From contig OY970192.1 in the NCBI GenBank assembly GCA_963708135.1, positions 2,496,001 through 2,560,000 of the forward strand: DNA of 64,000 bases, written 5' to 3'. The DNA is from an uncultured Gemmatimonadales bacterium (GTDB lineage: Bacteria > Gemmatimonadota > Gemmatimonadetes > Longimicrobiales > RSA9). Within the stretch, counting starts at the first letter, position 1, and each line of letters opens with the position of its first letter. Both the position numbers and the translations under genes were made by a program. Shown here in pieces: positions 44,978-56,192 of this stretch. The notes under the pieces were generated by a model, which saw only the letters and a program-made list of their open reading frames with translations, ran no database searches and was not told the DNA's origin.

Positions 44978-46771
44978 ATGAAGCAGCTTCGCACCCTTCT
45001 GCCCTATCTGCGCCCCTACCGCGGCGGCATCGCGCTCGGGCTCACGTTCGTGGTGTTTGCGAACGCGTTCGGCGTGCTCGCGCCCAAGCTGCTGGGGCTG
45101 GCCATCGACGCGCTGGGCCGCCCGGGCACGACGCGGTCCACGATCGTGCTGTACGCCGCCCTCGTGGTGGGCGCCGCGGTCCTGAGCGGTGGTGCGCGCT
45201 TCGGCATGCGGCAGCTCCTGAACGGCCTGAGCCGGCGCGTCGAGACGGATCTGCGCGACGACTTCTTCGCCCATCTCATCCGGCTCGACGCCGCGTTCTA
45301 CGGCCGTACGCGCACGGGCGATCTCATGAGCCGGGCCGTGAATGACACCGGCGCGGTCCGCATGGCCGCGGGCCCGGCCGTGATGTACCTGGTCAACACG
45401 ATCGTGATGACGGCCTTCGCCCTCGCGTTCATGCTGCGGATCAGCGCGCGGCTGACGCTGATCTCGCTGGTGCCAATGGTGCTGCTCCCGCCCGCCATGA
45501 TCTACTTCGGCCGGCTGATCCACCGGCAGTTCGAGGCCATCCAGGACCATCTGGGCGAGCTCTCGACCCTGGTCCAGGAGAACCTCTCGGGCGCCCGCAT
45601 CGTGCGCGCCTACCTCCAGGAGTCCTCCCAGGAGCGCGAGTTCGATGAGATGAACCGCGGCTACCTCAGGAAGAACATGGCCCTCGCCCGGACCTCCGGG
45701 CTCTTCAACCCGCTGCTCATGCTGCTCGCCGGCCTCGGCATGGTGATCGTGCTGTGGATCGGCGGCCGCCAGGTCGTCGCCGGGACGGTGTCGATCGGCG
45801 ACTTCGTCGCCTTCGGCTTCTACCTGAGCATGCTGACCTGGCCGATGATCGCCCTCGGCTGGGTGATCAACCTGTTCCAGCGCGGCGCGGCCTCGATGGG
45901 GCGCCTGAACCGCATTTTCGCCGCTGAGTCCGAGGTCCGCGAGCCGGCCACGCCCACCCGCCTGCCGCGCGTGCGCGGCGCGCTCGAGTTCGAGGGCGTC
46001 CACTTCCACTATCCCGCAAGCGAGCGCGACGTGCTGCACGGCCTCTCCTTCCGTATCGAGGCTGGCTCGACGGTCGCGCTCGTCGGCCCGACGGGCGCCG
46101 GCAAGACGACGATCGCGCAGCTCATTGCCCGCGTCTACGACCCGAGCGGCGGTGTGGTGCTTCTCGACGGCGTGCCGCTGCCGGAGCTCTCGCTCGTGCA
46201 GCTGCGTCACGCCATCGGCGTGGTGCCCCAGGAGGCCTTCGTCTTCTCGGAGACGATCGCCGAGAACATCGCGCTCGGCGCGGACGCCACGGCCGACCTC
46301 GATCGCCGCATCCGCGACGCGTCCGCCGTCGCGCAGCTCAATGACGCGATCGCCGGCTTCCCGCGCGGCTTCGAGACCCGCCTGGGAGAGCGCGGCGTGA
46401 ACCTCTCCGGCGGCCAGCGGCAGCGCACCACCCTCGCCCGCGCGCTCGCCCGCGATCCGCGCATCCTGATCCTCGATGATGCGCTGAGCGCCGTGGACAC
46501 CCACACCGAGACCCGCATCCTCGAGGGGTTGCGCCGCGAGCTTGCGGGCAGGACGGCCATCGTGATCAGTCACCGCGTCAGCGCCGTGATGCACGCCGAC
46601 CACATCCTCGTCCTCGACGACGGCCGGATCGTGGAGAGCGGCACGCACGCCGAGCTGCTGGCCGCCCGCGGCCTCTACGCCTCGCTGCTCCGCCGCCAGC
46701 TCCTCGAGGAGCGCCTCGAGAGCGGCGGTGAAGCCGACGATGCCTTCGCCGGCGCCTCCGCGGAGGGCTGA
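44978..46771 (+). CDS. ABC exporter, fused TMD-NBD half transporter (BmrC/YheI-like)
   Basis: Six-TM domain; GPTGAGKT, Q-loop VPQE, LSGGQRQR, ILILDDALSAVD, ISHR. Confidence 0.94.
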   Translation: MKQLRTLLPYLRPYRGGIALGLTFVVFANAFGVLAPKLLGLAIDALGRPGTTRSTIVLYAALVVGAAVLSGGARFGMRQLLNGLSRRVETDLRDDFFAHLIRLDAAFYGRTRTGDLMSRAVNDTGAVRMAAGPAVMYLVNTIVMTAFALAFMLRISARLTLISLVPMVLLPPAMIYFGRLIHRQFEAIQDHLGELSTLVQENLSGARIVRAYLQESSQEREFDEMNRGYLRKNMALARTSGLFNPLLMLLAGLGMVIVLWIGGRQVVAGTVSIGDFVAFGFYLSMLTWPMIALGWVINLFQRGAASMGRLNRIFAAESEVREPATPTRLPRVRGALEFEGVHFHYPASERDVLHGLSFRIEAGSTVALVGPTGAGKTTIAQLIARVYDPSGGVVLLDGVPLPELSLVQLRHAIGVVPQEAFVFSETIAENIALGADATADLDRRIRDASAVAQLNDAIAGFPRGFETRLGERGVNLSGGQRQRTTLARALARDPRILILDDALSAVDTHTETRILEGLRRELAGRTAIVISHRVSAVMHADHILVLDDGRIVESGTHAELLAARGLYASLLRRQLLEERLESGGEADDAFAGASAEG

Positions 46772-46774
46772 GCC

Positions 46775-47158
46775 GTGCCCGCGCCGAGCTCCCGCTCGAA
46801 GATCCTCATCGTCGAGGACGACCTTCTGCTCCGCGACGCCTACCGGATGCTGCTGGAGGACGCCGGCTACGGCGTGCAGGAGGCGGGCACGGCGGGGGAG
46901 GCGCTCGAGCTGGTGGCCGCCGACGCGCCGGCGCTGCTCCTCCTCGACCTCGGGCTCCCCGACCGACCGGGCCTCGACGTCGCCCGCGCGCTTCACGCGC
47001 GCCGCGAGACCGCGCAGGTCCCGATCATCGCCCTCACCGGCCGCGTGGGCGCAGACGAGAAGCGCGCGTGCCTCGAGGCCGGCTGCGCGCAGTACTTCTC
47101 CAAGCCCGTCGACCCGCGCGAGCTGCTCCGCCGCATCACCGAGCTGCTCCAGCGCTGA
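46775..47158 (+). CDS. Single-domain response regulator (CheY-like)
   Basis: ILIVEDD, phospho-acceptor LLDLGLPD, IIALT, KP. Confidence 0.92.
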   Translation: MPAPSSRSKILIVEDDLLLRDAYRMLLEDAGYGVQEAGTAGEALELVAADAPALLLLDLGLPDRPGLDVARALHARRETAQVPIIALTGRVGADEKRACLEAGCAQYFSKPVDPRELLRRITELLQR

Positions 47159-47175
47159 GCGGCGCGCGACGCCCG

Positions 47176-47899
47176 CTACAGCCGCTTCAGCAGGAAGTCC
47201 GGCGTCATCTTGAGGAAGTAGGCGGACAGCACGGAGAACGTGCCGCTCGCCAGCAGCACGCCGGCCAGCACCAGCATGGCACCCGAGACCTTCTCCAGCG
47301 TGGGGATCAGGGTGCGCATCCGCCGCGACGCGCCGAGAAAGGTCCCCGTCGCGAACGCCGCCAGAAGGAACGGCACCGCCAGCCCGAGCGCGTAGGCGCC
47401 GAGCAGCAGCATGCCACTTGCCATGGTCGCCCGCGTCGAGGCGTAGGTCAGCAGCGCGCCGAGAACGGGGCCGATGCACGGCGTCCAGCCGGCGCCGAAC
47501 ACCACGCCCGCCGCCACGGCGCCCAGGTAGCCGGCCGGCCGGCTCTGCATCTGGACGCGGCGCTCCCGCATGAGCGGGGCGATACGCAGGACGCCCAGCA
47601 GGTGCAGCCCGAAGACGATGATGAGCAGGCCGCCGATCCGCGCGATCCAGGTCTGCCAGCGCAGGAGGATCTGTCCGACGTAGGTCGCCGAGGCGCCCAG
47701 CGCCAGGAAGATGAGCGAGAAGCCCAGGACGAAGAGCAGCGCATGCGTGAGTGCCGCGCGTCGTCGCCCGCCGGCGCTCAGCTCCTCCAGCGACATGCCC
47801 GTGATGAAGCCGAGGTAGCTCGGCACCAGCGGCAGCACGCAGGGCGAGAGGAACGAGAGCACGCCGGCCCCGAAGGCCACCGCAAAGGACACTGATTCC

Positions 47900-47901
<2 letters not shown>
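47176..47901 (-). CDS. ccdA: Cytochrome c biogenesis protein CcdA
   Basis: SFLSPCVLPLVPSY and GWTPCIGPVLG conserved Cys motifs; about 6 TM helices; GGAG RBS. Confidence 0.93.
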
Positions 47902-49750
<1,849 letters not shown>

Positions 49751-49799
49751 GGGGGAGGGAGAGGGGGCGGGAGGGTGAGGGCGGGGGTGAGGGGGCCGC

Positions 49800-50732
49800 T
49801 CAGGCGGCGAAGCGGTACCCGATCATCTTGTAGATGAGCTTGGCCACCAGGAAGTCGGGGGCGGGAAAGCCCGGGATCGGCGCCAGCTCCACGACGTCCG
49901 CGGCGACGACGTTCCGCGCGGCGAAGACGCGGCGGAGGAGCTTCAGGACGGGGTACCATTCGAGCCCGCCCGGCTCCGGCGTGCCGGTGGCGGGGACGAG
50001 CGCCGGATCGAGGCAGTCCACGTCGAAGGAGATGTAGACGTCGTCGCCGAGCCGGCCGATCACCTCGTCCATCCACGCCTCGCCATCGTGGATGTCGTCG
50101 GCCAGGAACAGGTGGATGTTCTCGGCGTCGCGGGCGAGCTCACGCTCCGCGCGCGTCAGCGCGCGGATCCCGACCGCCACCAGGTCCACCGACTCGTGGA
50201 CCCGGTGCATCACCGACGCGTGGGAGTAGGCGGAGCCCTCGTACTCGGGGCGGAGGTCCGTGTGCGCATCGAGCTGCAGGACGCTCAGCCGCCGGCTGCC
50301 GCCCGCGTTGTCCTCCCGCCCCAGCCGGTCGGCCCACGCCCGGATCGGGGCGCTGCTCACCGAGTGCTCACCGCCCAGAAGGATCACGAACTTCCCGGGC
50401 GCCGCGTCCAGCACGGCGTCGTACGCCTCGCGCAGCGCGCGCACGGCCGTCTCGGGCCCGGCGCCCGTCAGGTGGAGCGCCGGCAGGGTGCAGATCCCGG
50501 CATCGGACGGCTCCGCGTCCAGCTCCTGGTCGTAGAGCTCGATGTAGCGCGACGCCTCGAGGATCGCCGCGGGACCGCCCGCCGTGCCGCCGCCGTAGCT
50601 GGTCGTGGCCTCGTAGGGAACCGGAAGCAGCACCACGCGCGCATCGTCGAAGGCGCTCGTCGCCTCGTCGAGTCCGAGGAAGTTGCGCGGCAGCTCCCAG
50701 TCCAGGTGCTTCAGCGGCTCGGGCAGGTGCAT
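49800..50732 (-). CDS. speB: Agmatinase
   Basis: Start MHLPEPLKHLDWELPRNF overlaps the speA stop (TGATG); GGEHS, DAHTD, SFDVDCLDP...TGTPEPGG ureohydrolase motifs. Confidence 0.94.
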   Translation of the reverse strand: MHLPEPLKHLDWELPRNFLGLDEATSAFDDARVVLLPVPYEATTSYGGGTAGGPAAILEASRYIELYDQELDAEPSDAGICTLPALHLTGAGPETAVRALREAYDAVLDAAPGKFVILLGGEHSVSSAPIRAWADRLGREDNAGGSRRLSVLQLDAHTDLRPEYEGSAYSHASVMHRVHESVDLVAVGIRALTRAERELARDAENIHLFLADDIHDGEAWMDEVIGRLGDDVYISFDVDCLDPALVPATGTPEPGGLEWYPVLKLLRRVFAARNVVAADVVELAPIPGFPAPDFLVAKLIYKMIGYRFAA

Positions 50733-52612
50733 CACTGCTCCAAGTAGGTGTAGCCGGCCAGGCCGGCTATGTAATCCGCGATGAAGGCGTTCGCCTCGGC
50801 GCGCGTGAGCCCCGGCGCGTTCTGCACCTTGCGCCGGAACGTCGCGATCAGGTCCTGCGCGCTGTACTGCACGTAGTTGAGCACCTCGGTCACGGTGTTG
50901 CCGTGCACCAGGTCGCCCACCTCGTAGCCGCCGTTGATCAGCCGGATGTGCACCGCGTTCGTGTCGCCGAACAGGTTGTGCAGGTCTCCGAGGATCTCCT
51001 GGTACGCCCCCGTCAGGAAGATCCCCAGCACGTAGCGCTCGTCGCGCGCGAAGGTGTGCAGCTCCAGCGCCCGCTTCGGCCGCCGCCCCGCGAACCTGTC
51101 GATCTTGCCATCGGAGTCGCACGTCACGTCCTGCAGCGTGCCCGTCCTGCTCGGCGCCTCATCCAGCCGGTGGATCGGCATGATCGGGAACAGCTGGTCG
51201 ATCGCCCAGGAGTCCGGCAGCGACTGGAAAACGGAGAAGTTGCAGAAATAGCGATCCACCAGCGCCGCGCGCAGCTCGGGCAGGAAATCCGCGTACTCCT
51301 CCGGATCCGCCCCGGCCAGCGCCTCCATCCGGTTCATCACCGCCAGGAAGATGCGCTCCGCCTCCGCCCGCTCCCGCAGGGAGAGCGTGCCGCTGTTGAA
51401 GTGCGTGTGCATCTGCTCCTTGGCGAACGCCGCGTCGTGGTACAGCTCGCGCAGCCGCCCCGCCTCGATCTCCCGGTACGTCGCCGCCAGCTCGTGCAGC
51501 AGGGGGTGCGCCTCCTCGTCGATCTCGCCGGGCGGCTCCACGATCTGCGTCTCCAGGTCGATCACGTTCACCAGCAGCAGCGCGTGATGTGCCGTGAGCG
51601 CCCGCCCCGACTCGCTGATCACGTGCGGCATCGGCAGCTCGTTCTCCCGGCACGCCTCCGCCAGCGAGTACACGACGTCGTTCGCGTACTCCTGGATCGA
51701 GTAGTTGACGCTCCCCGTCGCCGTCGAGCGCGAGCCCTCGTAGTCGATCCCCAGCCCGCCGCCCACGTCCACGTACTCGATCGCCACCCCCATCTGCCGC
51801 AGCTCCACGTAGTAGCGCGAGACCTCCGCCATGGCCAGCTTGATGTTGCGGATGTCCGGAATCTGCGAGCCCAGGTGGAAGTGCACCATCTTCAGGATGT
51901 CCAGCCGCCCCGCCGCGCGCAGCTTGTCCAGCATCCGCACCAGCTCCGACGCGTTCAGCCCGAACTTGCTCTTCTCCCCCGCCGTCTCCGACCACCGCCC
52001 CGACCCCGTCGTCGACAGCTTGATCCGAACCCCCGCCGTCGGCACCACCCCCATCTCGTCCGCCGCCTTCAGCAGCGTGTCCACTTCTCCGTTCTTCTCG
52101 ATCACCACCAGCACCGTGTGGCCCAGCTTCTGCCCCATGAGCGCCAGCCGCAGGAACTCCTCGTCCTTGTAGCCGTTGCAGATGATCAGGTGGTCCGTTC
52201 GCTCCGTCAGCGCCAGCACCGCCTGCAGCTCCGGCTTGCTCCCCACCTCCAGCCCCACGCCGTACTTCTCCCCGAACGCGACGATCTCCTCCACCACGTG
52301 CCGCTGCTGGTTCACCTTGATCGGGTACACCGTCGTGTACCGCCCCTCGTACTCGAACTCCCCGATCGCGCCCCGGAACCGCTCCGCCAGCGTCTCGATC
52401 CGCGTCCGCAGGATGTCGGAGAAGCGCAGCAGCAGCGGCAGCCCCAACCCCTGCGCCTCCAGGTCCATGGCCAGGTCGTACAGGTCGATCCCACGCTCCG
52501 GGTTCCGGTCCGGGTGCACCGTCACGTGCCCCTCCCCGTTCACCCCGAAATAGCCGATCCCCCAGCCCTCCACGTTGTAGAGCCGGCGCGCATCGTCCAG
52601 CGTCCAGGTCAT
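50732..52612 (-). CDS. speA: Biosynthetic arginine decarboxylase
   Basis: YPIKVNQ (PLP Lys), EVGSKPEL, CNGYKD, SKFGL, HFHLGSQI, DVGGGLG, ESGRA, NFSVFQSLPDSWAIDQLFP, TCDSDG, GAYQEILG. Confidence 0.97.
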   Translation of the reverse strand: MTWTLDDARRLYNVEGWGIGYFGVNGEGHVTVHPDRNPERGIDLYDLAMDLEAQGLGLPLLLRFSDILRTRIETLAERFRGAIGEFEYEGRYTTVYPIKVNQQRHVVEEIVAFGEKYGVGLEVGSKPELQAVLALTERTDHLIICNGYKDEEFLRLALMGQKLGHTVLVVIEKNGEVDTLLKAADEMGVVPTAGVRIKLSTTGSGRWSETAGEKSKFGLNASELVRMLDKLRAAGRLDILKMVHFHLGSQIPDIRNIKLAMAEVSRYYVELRQMGVAIEYVDVGGGLGIDYEGSRSTATGSVNYSIQEYANDVVYSLAEACRENELPMPHVISESGRALTAHHALLLVNVIDLETQIVEPPGEIDEEAHPLLHELAATYREIEAGRLRELYHDAAFAKEQMHTHFNSGTLSLRERAEAERIFLAVMNRMEALAGADPEEYADFLPELRAALVDRYFCNFSVFQSLPDSWAIDQLFPIMPIHRLDEAPSRTGTLQDVTCDSDGKIDRFAGRRPKRALELHTFARDERYVLGIFLTGAYQEILGDLHNLFGDTNAVHIRLINGGYEVGDLVHGNTVTEVLNYVQYSAQDLIATFRRKVQNAPGLTRAEANAFIADYIAGLAGYTYLEQ

Positions 52613-52706
52613 TCCCCTCCATCCGGTACGGGTGCCTCGCGAACGGCGCGCAAGTTACCGACTGGACCTCTCTTGGGAAAGCCGATCCACCCCACCGCCC
52701 GGCCCA

Positions 52707-52910
52707 CCCGTGCCCCTGCCCGTGCCCCTGCCCGTGCCTGGTTCATGTGCCTCCGGTTCATGCCCCTCTTCCGTGCCATTGCCCGTGACCCCTGCCGCTG
52801 TTCGGCGAACCCACGGCTACGGACCACGGCCAGGGGCACGGAAGACGGGCAGAAAAAGGCAGCGGGCAGGGGCAGCGGAATCGGCAGGGGAAGGGGCAGC
52901 GGAAGGGACA
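52707..52910. repeat. Imperfect inverted array of hexamer repeats (CCCGTG/CCCCTG versus GGCAGG/GGCAGC/GGCACG)
   Basis: Left arm cccgtg cccctg cccgtg cccctg...; right arm ...caggggcacggaag...ggcaggggcagcggaatcggcaggggaaggggcagc is complementary. Confidence 0.7.
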
Positions 52911-52953
52911 CCGCGGTCGGGGGAGGGATGGCGCCCCGGATGGCCACGACTCC

Positions 52954-53433
52954 CTAGATCGTCTCGATCGGGCAGGTCAGGCCCTCCCACTCCAGCGTCC
53001 GGCCCGCCGCCTGGCATGCCGCGCACAGACCGTACATCTCCAGCCGATAGCGCGCTGGCGCGAAGCCGTTCCGCCGCGCCGCCTCCTCCTGCACCCGCGC
53101 CAGCTCCGGCGTCTCCACCTTCGACACCTTGCCGCATTCCGTGCAGATCAGGTGCTCGTGGATCGGGCTCTGGCCGAACAGGTGCTCGTACCGCTTGAAG
53201 CCCTCGCCGAAGTCGTGCTCCGCCACCAGCCCGCTCCGCACCAGCATCTCCAGCGTCCGGTAGATCGTCGCCTTCCCGATCCGCTCGCCCCGCTCCCGCA
53301 CCGCCTGCTCGATCTCCTCCACCGACAGGTGCTCCGGCGAGCCGAACACGACCTCCGCGATCGCCTCCCGCTGCTGCGTCACCGGCAGCCCCTGGTCGCG
53401 CAGGTAGCGCCGGAACAGGTGCACGTACGCCAT
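52954..53433 (-). CDS. fur: Fur family transcriptional regulator
   Basis: TQQREAI, HLSVEEI, ATIYRTL, HEHLICTECG, YGLCAAC; GAGGAGG RBS. Fur/Zur/PerR subtype not resolved. Confidence 0.9.
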   Translation of the reverse strand: MAYVHLFRRYLRDQGLPVTQQREAIAEVVFGSPEHLSVEEIEQAVRERGERIGKATIYRTLEMLVRSGLVAEHDFGEGFKRYEHLFGQSPIHEHLICTECGKVSKVETPELARVQEEAARRNGFAPARYRLEMYGLCAACQAAGRTLEWEGLTCPIETI

Positions 53434-53459
53434 CGGCCTCCTCGTTTCCCACACGCTAT

Positions 53460-53481
53460 CAACAATAATTATTAATAGTTG
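53460..53481. promoter_or_regulatory. Fur/PerR-type operator, probably autoregulatory
   Basis: CAACAATAATTATTAATAGTTG imperfect palindrome with an ATAAT-N-ATTA core; sharply AT-rich, about 27 bp upstream of fur. Confidence 0.7.
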
Positions 53482-53502
53482 AAGCCCCTGCCAGGCGCAA
53501 TG

Positions 53503-53988
53503 TTACGGCTCCGGCGCCGGCTCCGGCGCCGGCAGCGCCGCCAGCAGACGCGACCAGCGCGTCGGCTCGCCCGCCACGCGTGCGTAGCGCGGGGGCGCGT
53601 CCAGGTCCTCGCCCAGGCGGCGCAGCACGCCCTCGACCACGCGCCCGACTCGGTCGTGCGGCGCGGTCCCCTGCTCGACCACGCTCTCGGTCACGGACGC
53701 GGAGCCGTTCTTCTCTCGCGTGACGGTGTAGCGGGCGGTGAGGACGCCCCTGCGATCCTCCCCCTCCGGATCGTAGGCGGCGACGACGACGACGGTGCTC
53801 TCGGCGGCTCCGAGCTTCCGGGCGGGGAAGATCCAGATCTCGTCGATGCTCTCGATCGAGAGGCGAGCGAGGAGTCGGGCGAGGAGGTCCTGGACCGACC
53901 CGGCGGGCGGCGTCGCCTCGGGCGGCTCCGTCCGAACGGCATCGGGCCCGGGCGGCGCTCCCTGCCGCGGGAGCTCGGTCTGGCTCAT
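53503..53988 (-). CDS. Hypothetical protein
   Basis: Start MSQTELP; globular-looking core IDEIWIFPARKLGAAESTVVVVAAY...VVEQGTAP.DRVGRVVEGVLRRL; fills the gap in a co-directional run. Confidence 0.65.
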   Translation of the reverse strand: MSQTELPRQGAPPGPDAVRTEPPEATPPAGSVQDLLARLLARLSIESIDEIWIFPARKLGAAESTVVVVAAYDPEGEDRRGVLTARYTVTREKNGSASVTESVVEQGTAPHDRVGRVVEGVLRRLGEDLDAPPRYARVAGEPTRWSRLLAALPAPEPAPEP

Positions 53989-53993
53989 CCCGC

Positions 53994-55130
53994 TCAGTCG
54001 GCGACGCCGCTCAGGGCGGCGCCGGGGGTGCCCGCGGTGCCGGCGGCGGCCACCGTGACCTCGATGAAGTGGCGGAGGACATGGAGGAAGTCCTGCGCGT
54101 TGGTGATGACGCCGAAGGCCTGGTGGGTGCCGCGGTCCTTGAGCTTGTTGACGACGAACTCGGAGGAGTCCACGGCGATGGTGGTGAGGGGGCGCAGCGT
54201 GCCGTCGGCATCCCGCGTGAAGGAGGGCAGCATGTTGCCGAAGCCGATGGAATGGAGCGCGGTAGCGATCATGACGGCGGCGGTGGCGCGCTCGGCGTGG
54301 TCGCGCATGAGCTCCTGCGCGCGGACGACGTCCGTGACGGTGTCGGGGAGCGGCCCGTCGTCGCGGATCGAGCCGGCGAGGACGAAGGGCACCTGCTGGG
54401 TGACGCAGGCGTGCATGATTCCCTCCGTCAGCAGTCCGCTCTCCACGGCGGCGGGGATGGAGCCGGCGGCGCGCACGCGGTTCAGGGCACGCATGTGGAA
54501 GGCGTGCCCGCCGGAGACGGGGCGCCCGCTGCGGTCCATGCCGAGCGTGGTGCCCATGAGCGCCTGCTCGATGTCGTGGACGCCCACGGCGTTTCCGCCG
54601 AGCAGTGCGTGGACGAAACCGTTGCGGATGAACCAGACGAAGGCGTCGCGGCCGCGGGAGTGGAGCACGGCAGGACCCACCACCCAGACGATGTGACCGC
54701 CGCGCTCGCGCTCGGCGAGCAGCAGGCCGGCCATGAGGGCGTAGTCGACCGGCTTCTCCCGGCTGACGTCGGAGCCCATGAAGTGGAACTCGCCCTCCGC
54801 CTGTTCCTCGATGAGGAAGCCGGTGGCATCGACGTAGATGCCCTGGCTCCCATCCTCGGCGAGCCCGACCGCGACGGGCTCGCCCTCGCGGACGTAGCGG
54901 CCCTCCAGGACGCGCGGGATCCCGTCCGGATCGAGGACGATCCCGCCATCCATGCGCGGGGTGCGCGGCAGCCGCCACTCCCCCGAGATCCGGACGTACG
55001 TCGGCAGGTTCGTGGTGGAGAAGAAGCCCTCGGGCAGCACGCCGTCGGCGGGCGCCGGGACGAAGCGGGCGTCGGGCGCGCCCGCCAGCTCGGGCAGCGA
55101 GAAGTCGGGTGCGCGGTAGGCGGAGCTCAT
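53994..55130 (-). CDS. TIGR00300/LOR-SDH-like protein, putative ornithine cyclodeaminase (ArgZ/AgrE C-terminal-like)
   Basis: PADGVLPEGFFSTTNLPT, RMDG, FMGSDVSREKP, GPAVLHS, GGNAVGVHDIE, LAGSIRDDGPLP, ATALHSIGFGN, KLKDRGT. Confidence 0.8.
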   Translation of the reverse strand: MSSAYRAPDFSLPELAGAPDARFVPAPADGVLPEGFFSTTNLPTYVRISGEWRLPRTPRMDGGIVLDPDGIPRVLEGRYVREGEPVAVGLAEDGSQGIYVDATGFLIEEQAEGEFHFMGSDVSREKPVDYALMAGLLLAERERGGHIVWVVGPAVLHSRGRDAFVWFIRNGFVHALLGGNAVGVHDIEQALMGTTLGMDRSGRPVSGGHAFHMRALNRVRAAGSIPAAVESGLLTEGIMHACVTQQVPFVLAGSIRDDGPLPDTVTDVVRAQELMRDHAERATAAVMIATALHSIGFGNMLPSFTRDADGTLRPLTTIAVDSSEFVVNKLKDRGTHQAFGVITNAQDFLHVLRHFIEVTVAAAGTAGTPGAALSGVAD

Positions 55131-55139
55131 GACGGAAAT

Positions 55140-56192
55140 CTACCGGGGCCCGGGGCCGCGCTCAAGCGTGCCCACGGCCTGGCGCACGGCCACGAGGACC
55201 CGGCGCTCCGCCTCCTCCAGCGGCCCCGAGATGAGCGCGCCGGCCGCCTTGGTGTGCCCACCGCCGCCCAGCCCCCGCGCCACTGCGTTCACGTCCACGC
55301 CGCCGGTGGAGCGGAGCGAGACCTTCACGCCGCCGTCCGCCATCTCGCGCAGCAGGACGGCCACCTCGGCACCCTCGATGGTCCGGGCGTGCTCGATGAT
55401 GCCCTCCAGATCCTCCGAGGTCGTGCCGCACGCCTCCATCACCGCGTAGGGGATCGTGATCCAGGCGATCTTGAAGGCGTCGTCCACCGTGAGCCGGTCC
55501 AGCGCCGCGCGCAGCAGGTGCACCCGCTTGAGCGGCACCGAGCCGTACAGGTGCCGGTAGGCGGCCTCCGGATCCACGCCACGCGCGAGCAGATCGGCGG
55601 CCAGCGCGTGCGTCCGGGGCGTGGTGTTGGCGAAGCGGAAGGAGCCGGTGTCCGTCACGATCGCGGCGTAGAGCGCCTCCGGCACGCCCGGCGGGAACGC
55701 GGCCGTCCCCGCCGTGACCAGCAGGTCGTAGACGAGTTCGCCCGTCGCGCACGCGCTCGGGTCCTGCAGTGCGACGCGGGCGGGAATCGTGTTCTCGTGG
55801 CTCGGATGATGGTCCAGGAGCAGCACCGGCCGCTCGCCGATCTGCCCTGCCACCCGCCCGATACGCTTCGGCTCGCTCGTGTCCAGCACGAAGAAGAGGT
55901 CCACGTCCGCCACCGTCACGTTCAGCTCGGGCCCGGGCGCCGGCACCGCGACCCCCGAGTCGTCCGGCAACAGGTAGCGGAAGAGCGCCGGGAACGGCGT
56001 CGGATTCGCGATCACCACGCGCTTTCCGCGCGCCCGCAGCCAGAGGGCGACGGCGGCCTCGGAGCCCGCGCCGTCGCCGTCCGCGTTCACGTGCGTGGTC
56101 AGCGCCACGGCGCGCGCGGCGCCGAGCTCGCGGATGAGGCCGGCCAGGGCGGCCAGGCGGCTCTCCGGCACGTCCAGCGACAGCGCGCTCAT
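55140..56192 (-). CDS. nrnA: DHH/DHHA1 phosphoesterase (NrnA-like oligoribonuclease/pAp phosphatase)
   Basis: THVNADGDGAGS, LD, DHH, TDTGSF, VSLRS, GGGGH..AAG. Confidence 0.88.
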   Translation of the reverse strand: MSALSLDVPESRLAALAGLIRELGAARAVALTTHVNADGDGAGSEAAVALWLRARGKRVVIANPTPFPALFRYLLPDDSGVAVPAPGPELNVTVADVDLFFVLDTSEPKRIGRVAGQIGERPVLLLDHHPSHENTIPARVALQDPSACATGELVYDLLVTAGTAAFPPGVPEALYAAIVTDTGSFRFANTTPRTHALAADLLARGVDPEAAYRHLYGSVPLKRVHLLRAALDRLTVDDAFKIAWITIPYAVMEACGTTSEDLEGIIEHARTIEGAEVAVLLREMADGGVKVSLRSTGGVDVNAVARGLGGGGHTKAAGALISGPLEEAERRVLVAVRQAVGTLERGPGPR

